Source: Eledone cirrhosa
Taxonomy: Eukaryota
DNA length: 64,000 nucleotides
Direction of reading: 5' to 3'
NCBI GenBank assembly: GCA_964016885.1
Contig: OZ024741.1
Span: forward strand, 383,718,001 to 383,782,000
Below, in pieces: positions 27,631 to 41,553 of this stretch. The position numbers were made by a program, and so were the translations under genes. Positions within the stretch are counted from its first letter, which is position 1. Each line of letters begins with the position of its first letter. Under the pieces are notes generated by a model. It did no database searches. It worked only from the letters and a program-made list of their open reading frames with translations, and was not told the DNA's origin.

Positions 27631-27816
27631 TGATTCTACTTTTGGCACAAGGCTAGCAATTATCCCAGTATTACTGGTGCTTTATGTTATCGACTCCGTA
27701 AGGATGAAAGACAAAGTTGACTGCAGCGGGATTTGAATTTAGACCATAAAGGGCCGTAACCTTTTGCAGCAAAGCATGGCGTCAGACTCTCTACCGATAT
27801 TGCCAATCCACCGCCC
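27631..27816 (-). mobile_element. Same ~190 bp SINE family
   Basis: Reverse complement of 22134-22323. Confidence 0.75.
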
Positions 27817-28141
27817 ATGTAATATAATAATACAAGGACGAATGGTTACTTCTTCATTACGTTTATTGTTTCGTGACGCGCGTTTCGCTACTGATCAGCT
27901 CAAAGTTCGATCTGTATCGATCTAGCTCGACTCTGGAATCAAAAGCGCGTCAGATCTCTGTAGAAGTCAGGCCTCCGTACTACTACAGAATAATTGCTGG
28001 ATAATTGCTGGCCTTGTGTCAAAAGTAGAAATAATTATATATTTTGCGTCAAGTATGAAATTTGTAGAAATTTGTCTTTGTTCTACAAATTTTTACAAAG
28101 TTCATACTTGATGATCCAATATATATATATATATATATATA

Positions 28142-28172
<31 letters not shown>

Positions 28173-28969
28173 CTGTGTGTGTGTGTGTGTGCGTGTGTGT
28201 GTATGTATATGTTTATATGCATCGATCGACTATGACCACATTTTGTGTTCATTACCGCTAATCTTTTAAAACTGCGGTGCTCTCAGAATGATGAAGACAT
28301 GTGCCAGTGTGTCAATACCAAGGATCCAAACATTGACAATCCTTTACCCAGAACATAGCTGCATTAAATTACTACTGCCCACGCCTACGGCATACTAAAC
28401 CAGCTGTGTAAAAAAACTACAGTTAAGGTATTTCATTGTCGCATATGTACGTAATATTTCGATCTTAGCAGTGAAAGGCTGTAAGCGGCCCCAAGTCGTC
28501 CTTGACTTGATTTGCTCTAGCTGGAGTAAAGGATAACAAATGTAGATGCAAAGACCCTCATCAAATTTGATCGTGACAAAGTGCTGTACGTCACGAAACG
28601 TATTTGAATTTTTTTTTATTTAGCAACAGGCAAAAACTAACATTGATGATCAGATATTACAGATACCGCAGCAAATTGACAGATATATATATATATATAT
28701 ATACAAGCCTGCATAAAAATTAATCAATGATTGTTGACTACCTTATGAGTTCCTCCACCGTTTGACGGCTTTTGATTTTCATTCCGCAAGATTTCCATGT
28801 ATTTACCTCTTCATCAAGCATGACTGGAGTGATTTCGATTATAATTTTGAAATTAAAGTCCTTTTTAAAGAGAGTAGACAACATAAATGTAAATTGAACG
28901 GGCGAGAGGGCAAACATTTAGAATACCCTCAAAATCCAACAATGTCAAACGCAACTAACTCCCATTGAT

Positions 28970-29545
28970 CAAGTTGGATCCCCAAGCAAGACCAGTCAAG
29001 ACCATGGATGTTATCCAACCATCTTGCTCGTCCTCTGCCACCGGGTTTTGCCCATAAAATCTGTCCAGCGATTCTTTCTTGAGACATTCTAGCCATATGT
29101 CCGCTATATCGGAGGTGTGATATCTCAATTCAGAAAAGTAGCGGCTCTACCTGAATGACTAGCTGATCTCAGAGCTAGGCATGGTCGAGTAACGTTACTC
29201 CAAACACCTTTTGGAGGAACTCCATTTCGGCCGCTTGTATTCGCGAATGTAATATTTCGGTCAATACACAAGACTCGTGATCATAGGTAACGGTTGGTAC
29301 GAATACTGTATTTAAGATAGCAAATTCGGCTTTTATACCTATTTTGTACTTAATTCTTCCTCCTGCATTCCATACTTATGAAAACGACTCCGAAATATTT
29401 TAACTTCTCCATCTGCTTCAGTGGAACTCCACTCACATGAAGAGAGCACTGCACAGGCTTCCTTGGGAGGACGTGTATCTGTCTTGGCTGCACTGATTTC
29501 CATTCCAGCCACGCAGTACTCAGCAGCAAACCTATCAAATACCAT
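28970..29545 (-). mobile_element. Degraded RTE-type LINE fragment (late RT to thumb)
   Basis: Minus translations LKQMEKLKYFGVVF and SRIQAAEMEFLQKVFGV. Confidence 0.65.
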
Positions 29546-29969
29546 TCGACGAGTTTAGTAGTATCATGTCTATAAAGGTTTAAAAGTTACGTTAGAAGCA
29601 ATAGTAACAACAATATTAAAAAACTACTGTCAGACCGGTGAAAAAGATAGCGGCAAACTTTCATTATCTCCGACGTGACGAAGCATTCAATTCAACAACG
29701 AATACAAAAGATACGCATACCTCGGAATCATGTGTCGCTATATATGGAATATTTTGAATAATTTTACACATTGTGATAAAAATTTAAACAGATTAGGAAG
29801 TCGAACAATGTGTTTAATATAAGCATACTTTTAATATTTTCTTCTTCTTTACTGAATGTTCAATAAAAAGATCCTTTTCCAAAAGAAGTTAATGGTACAT
29901 AGACAGACAACAAAGGGAAGTAAACAGACAAGCCAACTACTCCTGTTAAGGCACGAATGTATAAGCATT

Positions 29970-30025
<56 letters not shown>

Positions 30026-30240
30026 GGTTTGGGTTGCATATATAAATATATTGAAATATTATAAACAATAATGTATGCAACTTATCAATTTTCTGCAGAC
30101 ATATTCATCCACAGAGGTATGCATAAACATATGCACATACATCTGTGTGGGTGTCTGTGTTACATGGAGTAAGTTATGTGCCTACTGAGTTACTTAGACG
30201 CATACACCATAGTTTATAATATGTGTGTGTGTGTATGCGC

Positions 30241-30277
<37 letters not shown>

Positions 30278-30765
30278 AATGTGTACGTGTTGGTGTTGCT
30301 CTGAGTTTGTGAGTGCGTCCGTTGCATTGCCTAGACGCATACACCATCGTTTTATTATGCATCAGTATGATCAATAAAAGGAATATATGCCTAGAAATAA
30401 ACACAAACGTGCACAGAAACAATATACAAAAAATGTCTGGAGCAAATTTCAGTCGTGATAGGTTTTTTAGCTTTTAATATTTACTTATATGTATATAAAA
30501 GCTACAAGTGTAGTTGAAAGCATATCAGTTTATTGGAAGACACGTATGTCTACATTTCTCTAAACAGTAACAATGCATAGACGACTTTCAGACGGATCTT
30601 ATGAAATTAATCACAGTTGTTCATGGCGTGGAATTCAACGAATTGAACGAATGTAAAATCAAATCAATAATGTTTTACACAGCCAGGTAATTTATATAAT
30701 CTATATATTAAATATATAAATGTTAACAAGAATGACATGCTGCCATTAAGAATGTTTTATATATA

Positions 30766-30796
<31 letters not shown>

Positions 30797-30821
30797 GCTT
30801 GTGTTTTTGTGTGTGTGTAGG

Positions 30822-30869
<48 letters not shown>

Positions 30870-30876
30870 CATTATA

Positions 30877-31631
30877 TACTATAGAGTAAAGCATGTCCAG
30901 AGAATTATTTGATAATATATATACATCATCTCTACTCCCAATCAGCATAATTAACCACACAAAAAATCAATTAGACCAGGCTATAAGAATAAAAGGCACC
31001 TATGAAGAAACAGTAAATAAATACGCCACAGCAGCGTCTTCGCGTGCAACCGCTATAGAATATTTACCCAACATTTCAACAGCACGTGGAAATTAATTAA
31101 ATATACGGTCAACCGTACATAATTAGGTAAAAATTAATGTTAGAAATGCTTATATACATACCAGGACTAAATCACTAAATCCCGACCCTAGGGTTTCGCT
31201 TACTTTTGAGATACCTTATTCAGGTTAATACTCGAGTTTTAGAGCTCTTCAGGGGATAAACTCGCTAGGACATATTATTTTCAGAAGTGGCCCCTGCCAA
31301 ACACGAATTCAAAATGGTTGAGAACTGTGACGTGGCAGTGGTCAAGTCAGGAAGGGTGTGATTGGTTGCTTACGGCGAGTGGGTTGGTGGCTAGAAAGCG
31401 CAGCCCAATATCGCCCAAATTTTTATCTCAACCTTATGGGAGATTATTAAATATAAATATTTACACATACACCAATTAAACAAAGTCACAGATATATATG
31501 TGTTTTGGCAACTGTTCACGATGTGGCTCAATTATTTGCTCTGATTATTTAATTTATTAATTCTCCATTGAGCCCCAAAACACATATATACCTGTGACAT
31601 TGTTTAATTGGTGTATGTGTAAATATTTATA
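30877..31631 (-). mobile_element. ~690 nt HHR unit family, copy A (main arm 30877-31532, inverted arm 31533-31631)
   Basis: Highly similar to 58405-58976 but starts at a different point; related to 32774-34160; between TA tracts. Confidence 0.85.
31179..31257 (-). ncRNA. Type I hammerhead ribozyme motif
   Basis: ATCCC-CTGAAGA-GCT...AGC-GAAAC-CCTAGG-GTC-GGGAT; complete core, perfect stem I, palindromic stem III. Confidence 0.88.
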
Positions 31632-31693
31632 CATTATATATACATATATATGTATAATATATATATATATAAAATACATAATGTATACATACG

Positions 31694-31758
<65 letters not shown>

Positions 31759-32035
31759 TTCAAGAGTAACCAATCTTAAAGAGAGAGATGGAGATAGGAG
31801 AGGAGATAGGAGAGGAGAGATTGGTGAATTAGTTAGAAGCCAAAGCGTAAAGGCATGTGCTCAATGTGCAATATGCAGTAGAAAGCAGCTAGGTGGCTGG
31901 GTTCATGCAGAAGTTAGGCGCGCAGAGCTGGAAATATTCATTAGTTAAGCAAAACAAGACCACAAATTTCACAAGGAAGACATTATTAAAAGATTGTCAA
32001 CATATTTTAGTTTGATGTAAGGAATGTAGAGAATA

Positions 32036-32468
32036 ATAATAATAATATTAATAACAATAATGTCCGTTTACAATTGTTTCGCTACTCCATATAATATGTC
32101 TGGATCAGATGACTATATATCATTATTGATCTCACACAATGCAGCCTCTCACACAATGCAGATCTCACACAATGCAGATCTCACACAATGCAACCTCGAC
32201 AGATGAATACTGCTTGATTATGGCTGACAATTGATACAATTAGGACACCATAGTGAAATACCAATATATGGAACATTACATTATGTAACATTCTCTCCTT
32301 ATTTTAATTTATATTCCTTTGAAGTTCCGATGAGCTGCTCTGTTTTTAAATATGTTAATTATTTTCAACTGAACCAGATCAATAATGATATATACTCATC
32401 TGATCCAGGAATATTATATGGAGTAGCGAAACAATTGTAAACGGACATTATTATTATTAATAGTATTA
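32036..32468 (+). mobile_element. HHR element with short inverted arm (32036-32132 mirrors 32376-32468) in (AAT)n
   Basis: Reverse-complement arms; four ~16 bp CTCACACAATGCA repeats at the junction. Confidence 0.7.
32324..32442 (+). ncRNA. Hammerhead-like motif with CCGATGA core and long stem II loop
   Basis: GTT-CCGATGA-GCTGCTCTGT...ATGGAGTAGC-GAAAC-AATT-GTA-AAC; 10 bp stem II. Confidence 0.6.
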
Positions 32469-32655
32469 GGGTGGTGGATTGGCAGTATCTGTAGAGAGTC
32501 GGACGCCATGCTTTCCAGCATAGTTACGTCCCTTTACGGTCTGAGTTCAAATCCCGCCGAGGTTTACTTTGCCTTTCATGCTTACGGGGTCGATAAAATA
32601 AAGTACCAGTAATGCACTGGGTAATTGCAGGCCTTGTGCCTAAAGTAGAAACAAT
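32469..32655 (+). mobile_element. Same ~190 bp SINE family
   Basis: Similarity to 22134-22323; inserted in an ATT-rich tract. Confidence 0.8.
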
Positions 32656-33157
32656 TATTATTAATATTATTATTATTATAAAATATGTTACAATCTTTTA
32701 ATAATGTCTTCCTTGTGAAATTTGTGGTCTTGTTTTGCTTAACTAATGAATATATATATATATATATATATATATAAAGGTTTACATATACATAAAGTTA
32801 TAGATATATATGTTGCAACCGGTCACTTTGTGGCTCTATGAAGAATTAATAAATTAAATAATCAGAGCAATATATCATAAATCATGTCTTTTGAATTATT
32901 AGATAAAATATATACCATTTCCTCTCCCAATCAGCATAATTAACCATATAAAAAATCAATTAGACCAAGCTATAAGAATAAAAGCTCTTATGAAGAAATC
33001 TCCAACAAATAACCGAAAGTGGCCTCTTCGCGGTGGCCCCAATAGAGTATTTATCCAACATTTCGACAGCATGTAGAAACTGACTAAATATACCATCAAC
33101 CATACACAATTAGGTGTAAATTCGAACTTAGAAGAAATGTGTACATACCGTAATTAT

Positions 33158-33235
33158 ATCTCTACCATGGTTTCATCCGTATTTTTAGACATCCAATTAA
33201 TAGGAAATGTCCAGAGTTAGGATTCATCAGGAGAC
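33158..33235 (-). ncRNA. Type I hammerhead ribozyme motif
   Basis: GTCTC-CTGATGA-ATCC...GGAT-GAAAC-CATG-GTA-GAGAT. Confidence 0.88.
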
Positions 33236-33803
33236 AAACTCAAAATTAGACATTTAGTTTTCCAAAGTGATCGCGCCAAAATTAGATTCAAAAATGGCTA
33301 AGAATCGCAATGTGGCAGTGGTCAAGTTAGAAAGAATGTGATTGGTTGCTTACGGCGGGTAGGCTTGTTGCTAGAAAGCGCAGCCAAATATCGCCACATT
33401 GTATCTCAACCTAACGGGAGATTATTAAATATAAAGGTTTACATATACATAAAGGGAGAGGAAATGGTATATATTTTATCTAATAATTCTAAAGACATGA
33501 TTTATGATATATTGCTCTGATTATTTAATTTATTAATTCTTCATAGAGCCACAAAGTGACCGTTTGCAACATATATATCTATAACTTTATGTATATGTAA
33601 ACCTTTATATTTAATAATCTCCCGTTAGGTTGAGATACAATTTGGCGATATTTGGCTGCGCTTTCTAGCAACAAGCCTACCCGCCGTAAGCAACCAATCA
33701 CATTCTTTCTAACTTGATCACTGCCACATTGCGATTCTTAGCCATTTTTGAATCTAATTTTGGCGCGATCACTTTGGAAAACTAAATGTCTAATTTTGAG
33801 TTT

Positions 33804-33881
33804 GTCTCCTGATGAATCCTAACTCTGGACATTTCCTATTAATTGGATGTCTAAAAATACGGATGAAACCATGGTAGAGAT
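33804..33881 (+). ncRNA. Type I hammerhead ribozyme motif (mirror of 33158-33235)
   Basis: Same motif on the plus strand. Confidence 0.88.
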
Positions 33882-34153
33882 ATAATTACGGTATGTACAC
33901 ATTTCTCCTAAGTTCGAATTTACACCTAATTGTGTATGGATATTTAGTCAGTTTCTATATCCTGTCGAAATGTTGGATAAATACTCTATTGGGGCCACCG
34001 CGAAGAGGCCACTTTCGATTATTTGTCGGAGATTTCTTCATAAGAGCCTTTATTCTTATAGCTTGGTCTAATTGATTTTTTATATGGTTAATTATGGTGA
34101 TTGGGAGAGGAAATGGTATATATTTTATCTAATAATTCTAAAGACATGATTTA

Positions 34154-34219
<66 letters not shown>

Positions 34220-34356
34220 ATATATATGAGTCCCGGGTTCAATGGAGATAACCATAGTGAGTAAGGTACTCAATACATTAGTAGAGCGTAAACATGAAAT
34301 TTAATATAGAAATGGCTTCTATTAAACTAGAACTGTTTCATTCCAATGAAACAGAT

Positions 34357-34465
<109 letters not shown>

Positions 34466-35029
34466 AGTTGACGATAAAAGATTCTGTTATGCCCTGCTGA
34501 CTCTAGTAGTGATAATAATAATTTCTAAAAGTGTCGCAAGGTCAGAAATTTTGTTTGCCAAAGAGAGATTAGTTTGTTAATACTTTATTTAATGAAGGTC
34601 GAAATGTCTTTGACGGGAATTGAACTCAGGACAAAAGTTGCAAAAATAAATACAACAATTTGTCTGACGTTCTAGAGGTTCTGCCATTCCTGCATATGGC
34701 CGGGCTTTGAAATCAAACTTTAGTTTAAGCCAGTGCGATTAAATTCATGAGTAATTTGAGAATAGATGAAAATAACATTGTATATTGGAAAACAAAATTC
34801 GTCAAGAATATGATACGTGCTATTAATACTTTTAACGTACTAGGCATAAACTATGACTCATACAGAATTGAGCTGGAATAAACGGAACAATTATTCCTTT
34901 CCTAGATTCAATAACACGTAATACGAGAACTCTACTAATAAATTACCACGTACTATACATTTACTTTGACATCTAATGACTCTAGATGGTATGGAGTTAT
35001 TGGGCATCAAAAGAGTTTGAAAAGTCTAT

Positions 35030-35400
35030 TCAATTCATACTGGAGCCAGCAGGCCTAGAGCGCGGAGATGGCAAGCACCCAGACGGAATCACCCACTTCG
35101 CCTCCAACTTAGTCTCTTCGGCCACAAAACCTGCATCGCAAACCGCCTCGCAGAAGAACATAAGATAAACAAACACCGGGGTTTGTCCAGCCGCTTCCAC
35201 TTCACATCGGTCACCGTCGAGACCTCAGGCGTACTTGGACCACGTACTGCCGAGCTCCTTCGCAAGATCAGTGGCCGTCTGAGGAGGAAGCCCCACGAGC
35301 TTGGGTGGCTGTTGCAGCGGGTGACACTGGCCATCGTCCGAGGTAATGCTTTTGCCGTCTTGTCAGCGAGGTGCAGCACTTTTTCTCTATTGCCCTAGGC
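35030..35400 (+). mobile_element. C-terminal restriction-like endonuclease fragment of a CRE-like non-LTR retrotransposon
   Basis: EPAGLERGDGKHPDGIT...VETSGVLG...LLQRVTLAIVRGNA. Confidence 0.7.
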
Positions 35401-37594
35401 CGAAAGCCCAATCACCCTCCCGCTTTCACCCTTCCCCTCTCTACTGCGACACCAGAGCTCTTGCTATCCCCTCTCCTTCGCGTTCTTTTTCTGCTTTCTT
35501 TCTCTCTTTTTTTCTATATTTCCCTATTCTTTCTTTCCTTTTGTTTCCCGCCCCTTTTTTTTCTTACTAAATTTTTTTTTTTTTAAATAAATATCTATGT
35601 ATATTATTATCTATATAAATAAAAGTTTGATTGTGTCTGTCCGAGAAAAAAGTTTGCTAATCTTGTTGATTAATATTGCACAAAGAATAGTAAATTAATT
35701 ATCACCACGCCAACAAATTCCTCCAAGGAATCAGGGAATTAGATTAGATTAGTTTTTCCTATTCTTTTCACTACTAAGGACCACTTTTATTTATATGAAC
35801 TTTCAATGGACATCCGCTACAATTACTCCTTTCCTAGATTATTATAACGAGAAAATAATCATTGAAAATGGATAGCCTATAGTGTAAGTATATTAGGCTT
35901 TGAATAAAGTGCGTGAAGTTTTGGTGTTAGCTGACGGATTACCAGTTCTAGGTTTTCGGAGCTCAGATTTTTGTAGACCGTCTGCCTGGGAACTGCTGGA
36001 TTAGATGCTGAACTATTAAAACAGACAAAAAGCAGCCATAAAATGGAATACTCAGATAGCACGTACATGAATATTGGTGGAAGTCTTTGTTAAACAAACA
36101 CAACCTGAATGAATCAACGGAAACTATAACACCGTTATACAAGAGTAGGCTACCACCACTAAATAAACTGACAAGAATACCCACAATTCCTCAAATATAA
36201 ACGGCAAAAATTACCTGTGTTGTATTTTCTGCCACAATACACCACATAATATGCTGATGCTCTACGCTTACTCCCTGAAAATATGTTTGAAGTCTCAATA
36301 ATATAGCATAACTGCTCTATCAATACCGGGTATAGCATACGAGAATAGGTTATATGGTGCTTATATGAACACCTGTTTTTTTTAAAACTGTCAAAACTAC
36401 TATGGAAGTATAACAACCGGATAACCCTCCAGATAGCACATAATATACTTGTCATAATTCTCTAGGACAAAAACTACAACAGTGTATTGATATGTAGATA
36501 GTAAATGCTCCTAATGTTGTTCAGAAACTAATTGTTTAACGAATGCTGCTAATTGCTAATGAGCAGAGTGACATAAAATAAAAGATGATACTGTTTCACA
36601 CCAAATGAACGTTGAAAGACTTACTAAATGCATAATCATAACAAAGAAACTAGAACAGTTCACCGATAAAGTTGTACATGGGTACTTGAAATGTAAAGCA
36701 CAGACCATAGAGAAAATTAATTACAGTCAAAATCTGGCATGAAATACCGACAGGTTTATGACATCGACCTTGAAAGTTATTTCAATGCAATCCAGGAATA
36801 AGAAATCTCCTCCAAGTACCTTCTACGCAAAAGATAGAAATAATCAATATATGAAGGTTATGAACAGCTAGAACTGAATGTATTATTGATAGATTTGAAA
36901 GAATGTCTAGATAATACTTCCCCATAATGCACGAAAACCAGAGAACCGTGTGTGTGTAAAGAAAGGGAAAGAGAGACAGATGGTGCTTATAAACAGTACA
37001 ATTCTAGTACACGTAAGCAAGGTAATTAATCATCGAGAGTGCACAAAGACTCAACAGGTAGTCGGTGTTGTGAGTTTATGTCTATGTGAATTAAACAATC
37101 GAGTATAATTGACTCGAATTACGTAACAAGGAAAATGTAGTATGCATTAACACAAATTACCTTGCGAACAACTAACATTTTCCGGTGATTGTACACTTCG
37201 TCAGCCGCTGCCGAAATAAAGAAAGTAACCACACAATATATAGCAATTGCTGACATCACAGATTGGTGGTATATAAATCGATAACAAAATGGCAAATGAA
37301 TGTTACATCACATAATAACTAGCTGAATAAGGAAGTGAAAATACCTCCAGAAAATACCCCCTGAATTGGAGGAAGTTAAGTCGATGCACTGAAATGTATA
37401 CGAGAAGCCATAGTAGTAGATAGATGTACCACCAGAACTGAATATAGGCAGTAGAATTTTAGTTCATCTAAAAGCAATATTTGATCACTGACGTTTCATA
37501 ACTCAACCAGTAGTCGGTAATGTGAATCAAACAAACAAACAAAAAAGCCACCAAGTATATATAACAAAAATATGTATGAAAAATATTTTAATGT

Positions 37595-37655
<61 letters not shown>

Positions 37656-39149
37656 CATACATATATGAACAGATATATATATGTATATATATATCTGTTC
37701 AGGTCTGTGCGTGCTATAGATACATTCATACAGGCACACATGCATTCATGCATAAATACATACAAACATGCATGTATGCATACATATACAATCACAAATA
37801 TATATATACATAAATACATACACAAATACATTCATACATACATACATACATACAATCATACATGCATACATATATGCAATTTGTCGGTTATTTATTTGCA
37901 TTAGAAGGAAGACATTACCCATAGGTGAAATCTGTCGAACTTGACACTAGACGTGACAACTGTGAATGTTTATATCAATGTTTATGCTATGTTTTTGCAA
38001 TTACAATGCAAACATGTCTTCAGTTTCGGTTTGCTTGGATGTGAAAGTACAAAAACAAACAGAGTATTTGATTAAAGATGACTGCGTAGTAAACATTTTC
38101 CTAAAAATTGTGTGAGTGTGCATGTTTATGTGTATTGGTGTTTATTCGTATGTAAGTGATTGACGAGAATTAATTTTAGTTTTTTGGCTGTTGTTGCTGC
38201 TGTTGTGTTGCTGTTGTTTAATGAAGCAAGCATTCTAGTCTTTTGTTGTATTTGTTTTTGAACTTTGTTCAGATATAACATTTCCAAGATAACGCTTTCC
38301 AATGTATCCCCCCCCCCATTTTTAGAACGGCTAGGTGTGATATGATGTAGATTTGGCTGCTATTTCTATCAGATTGAGAGGTTACGTGTGGGTTCCTTGC
38401 TGATTTCATTGTCGGTTTCATATTTTTTTAGTATTAATGGTGTTGACTGCAACTAATTTTGGGTTAGCTCAGACTACGTCTTCCAAAGCATCTAGCTACT
38501 TTTACGACGGCTAAGTGTGATTTAGGGTAGATGTGACTGCTATTTTTAGCTGCTTTAACTCGTTGTTAGTAGCAACTATGGTTTACTCATGAATCTTGGT
38601 TTTCTTGTTATTCTGCAACAATGGCCATCTATGATGAAGCAGAGCCATGAAACGTAAGGAGTTAGTTTAATGCCCAAATCAAACAGCTGTCGAGTGGATA
38701 AAATTCATGTGGGTTTTCTCAGCGAGATTCAGCATAACAAGGCAAATCTTTAGAATTACTGATACAACTTATTTTCTCCAGTTGTTTGGAATGGAGAACG
38801 TGAAATATGGTTCACGATCTTACCAGCGTGAACAGAACGGTGTACTCATTATACCGCACGCCTTTACAGCATAGATATGTGTATGACGATGGACGGAGAA
38901 TTTATGCATGTGACACAAACGGAGGTTATACGAGAGCGCGTGCGGAGAGCGTGCGTTTGTGTGTGTGTGTGTCTGTGTGTCTGTGTGTGTGCGTGTGTGA
39001 GTGTGTGTGTGTGTCTGTGTGTCTCTGTGTGTGTGCGTGTGTGTCTGTGTGAGTGTGCGTGTGTGTGTGTGTGTCTGTGTGTGTATATATATATGTGTGT
39101 GTATATATATATGTGTGTATATATATATGTGTGTATATATATATGTGTG

Positions 39150-39212
<63 letters not shown>

Positions 39213-39269
39213 GTGTGTGTGTGTGTGTCTTATGATTTTATTTATGATTTTGTTAGCATGTGCAAGTAT

Positions 39270-39900
39270 GTAAGTGGGTTTGAATGTGTGTATTTAGTGA
39301 CAACAAATGCAGACTCTCCAGAATTAACATCGAAGATGTTACCATGTCATAAGCAGCTGTCCAAAGATGTCATCGAGGTACTATCTACTTATGAGGCATG
39401 ATGTAGTGGCCAAAACACTGTACAATGCAATGCGTAGAAAAGATAGCCCCGACAATAAACATATTAAAAGTTACAGCAATGTGAAAGACATACTCATACA
39501 TAATATAAAGGATTACCGGTAGAATGTTCCAGTCAAAACCCCAATAAACTACAAGCATAATAGACCAGATATGATGATATGGGACAGGGAAAAGAAAGAC
39601 ATGCACAGTAGAGGAAGTTAGCTGCCCAGCAGGTGCCAATATAATATTAAAGATTAGCGAAAAGGAGACTAACTTTGTATAACTAATAAGGAATCTGCAG
39701 ATACACCACCCATTCTATAACTTTAGATTTATACCTTTGATTATTGGGCCACTTGGATATGTTAGTAACTGCCTCAATACAAATCTTGAGAAGCTTCACA
39801 GAACCAGAAAGAACACGATTAGTTAGGAAATTAAAAGTACAATCCATTAATGGAACAGTAAAAAATATGTAAAACATTCCAAAACTTCTGCATATAATAA
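39270..39900 (+). mobile_element. Degraded C-terminal RLE fragment of an R4/Dong-like non-LTR retrotransposon
   Basis: MRHDVVAKTLY...KHNRPDMMIWDREKKTCTVEEVSCP (RH...RPD...E signature); a similar relic may lie at 57480-57660. Confidence 0.65.
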
Positions 39901-40399
39901 TTGCATGTACAAATGTACAGATACAAAATATACACACAATAGTATCCATGCCTGCACACACACACGCACTTATGCAAACATGCATACTTAGTTGATGTTG
40001 TATAAATTCCAATGAAAGTGTCTTGTGTCTATGTTAGAAACCGATTCTTTCTCTATTGGTAAACATTTATAAAATAAACCAGAAGGACATACATACACAC
40101 ATACATACATAGCGGAAGCCTACTCGTGTCTGAGTACGGTCACTTCTTAGAATGACTAAAATAAAACAAGGACACATAGATGTTGCTGTCGCTGATGCCG
40201 CCTTAGATAGCTCATCAAATCAGGAAGTGACTTACATACCATACGACACAGTGTGAAGCTAAGTTTTCCACCTTATTAATATAGGTTGGCATGGCACGCC
40301 TTGTGGTGCCGTGTTAGCCAACCTCCAGAGTGGCCCATTTTCGTGTAGATGCCACATACAAAATCAAAGTATATTGGATACACAAAGGTGTAATTTACA

Positions 40400-40920
40400 T
40401 GAATATGATGTATATTATTGCTTAGTAGCCACGCCTTTGTCATACATACACATCCGCACTTCCCACAGGTAAGAGTTCATTTCGAACCTAGTTCTGGGAG
40501 CGGAATAACATCCCTCATATATTTAGCTGTTCACTTCACTTTGGTATAGGCCCTCTAATTCTTTTCAAATTTCTCAACACCGGTAGAAATACGATTTCGC
40601 CACTGGGCTCTTTAGGTTGCAAGATTTTCTGATATATCCGAGTTGATGTTGATTTGCTTCAAGGTAACTTTCAGGCAGTCATTGAATAGCTTGTGTGGTT
40701 TGCACCGTAAGCTTTTGCTTTACAACAGTTCGCTATACAAAACTTGCTTGGGGGGTTCTGCTGTCATTTAGGCGTACTATATCACATGTCCACCTGAGGC
40801 GCTGTTTCATGATCATGCTCTCGATGCTTGGCTGTTTTTACTTTTCCGCACAACCTCATTTAAACCACGCTGATAATCCGAATAAGGTGAAACAATTGTT
40901 CTCGGTAATGGTGAACTAAC
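40400..40920 (-). mobile_element. Degraded RTE-type LINE 3' fragment
   Basis: Minus translation PSIESMIMKQRLRWTCDIVRLNDSRTPKQVLYSEL. Confidence 0.65.
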
Positions 40921-41194
40921 TGTTGTGGAACAGCTTCTACCAAACTTGTCTCATGGACTGAGTGCTCTACTACTACGGATATTAACCCACCAGTGTTCTA
41001 CTATTATATATATATATATATATATATATGCGTATGGTCATAGATATATTTTCCCCATATTCACACACTCACTCTTTCTCTCTCCCTAAACACCCTGTCT
41101 CCCGCTGAACACGCACTCACATACACGCATGCCATCGTAGGTAATGTATGTGGGTATATGAATACATGATTGCCTGTGTATACTTCTACGGTGG

Positions 41195-41298
<104 letters not shown>

Positions 41299-41505
41299 CG
41301 TGTGTGCGCGCGTGTGTGTGTGTGTGCGAGTGTGTGTGCGCGTGTGTGAATGTGTGTAGTATATGCCTATGTATAGGTAACGTTTTCCCTGTCATTTTTA
41401 TGATGGAAATCTTATTTCATTCCTGCGGTGTGAATTCCATTTTAACGTTAGGTTTTATTTCCCCTTTTAATATGCAAATATTTATTGTATTTACATTTGT
41501 AAGCC

Positions 41506-41553
<48 letters not shown>

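Larger units (their letters stand above)
32774..34160. mobile_element. ~655 nt HHR unit, copy B: two greater-than-unit arms head-to-head (32774-33454 minus sense; 33455-34160 plus sense)
   Basis: Left arm repeats its first 24 bp after 657 bp; right arm repeats its first 57 bp after 649 bp; (TA)n at both outer ends. Confidence 0.9.

Noticed and set aside
32128-32195. CRISPR-like array
   Set aside because: Eukaryotic context, contiguous repeats with no unique spacers, no cas genes
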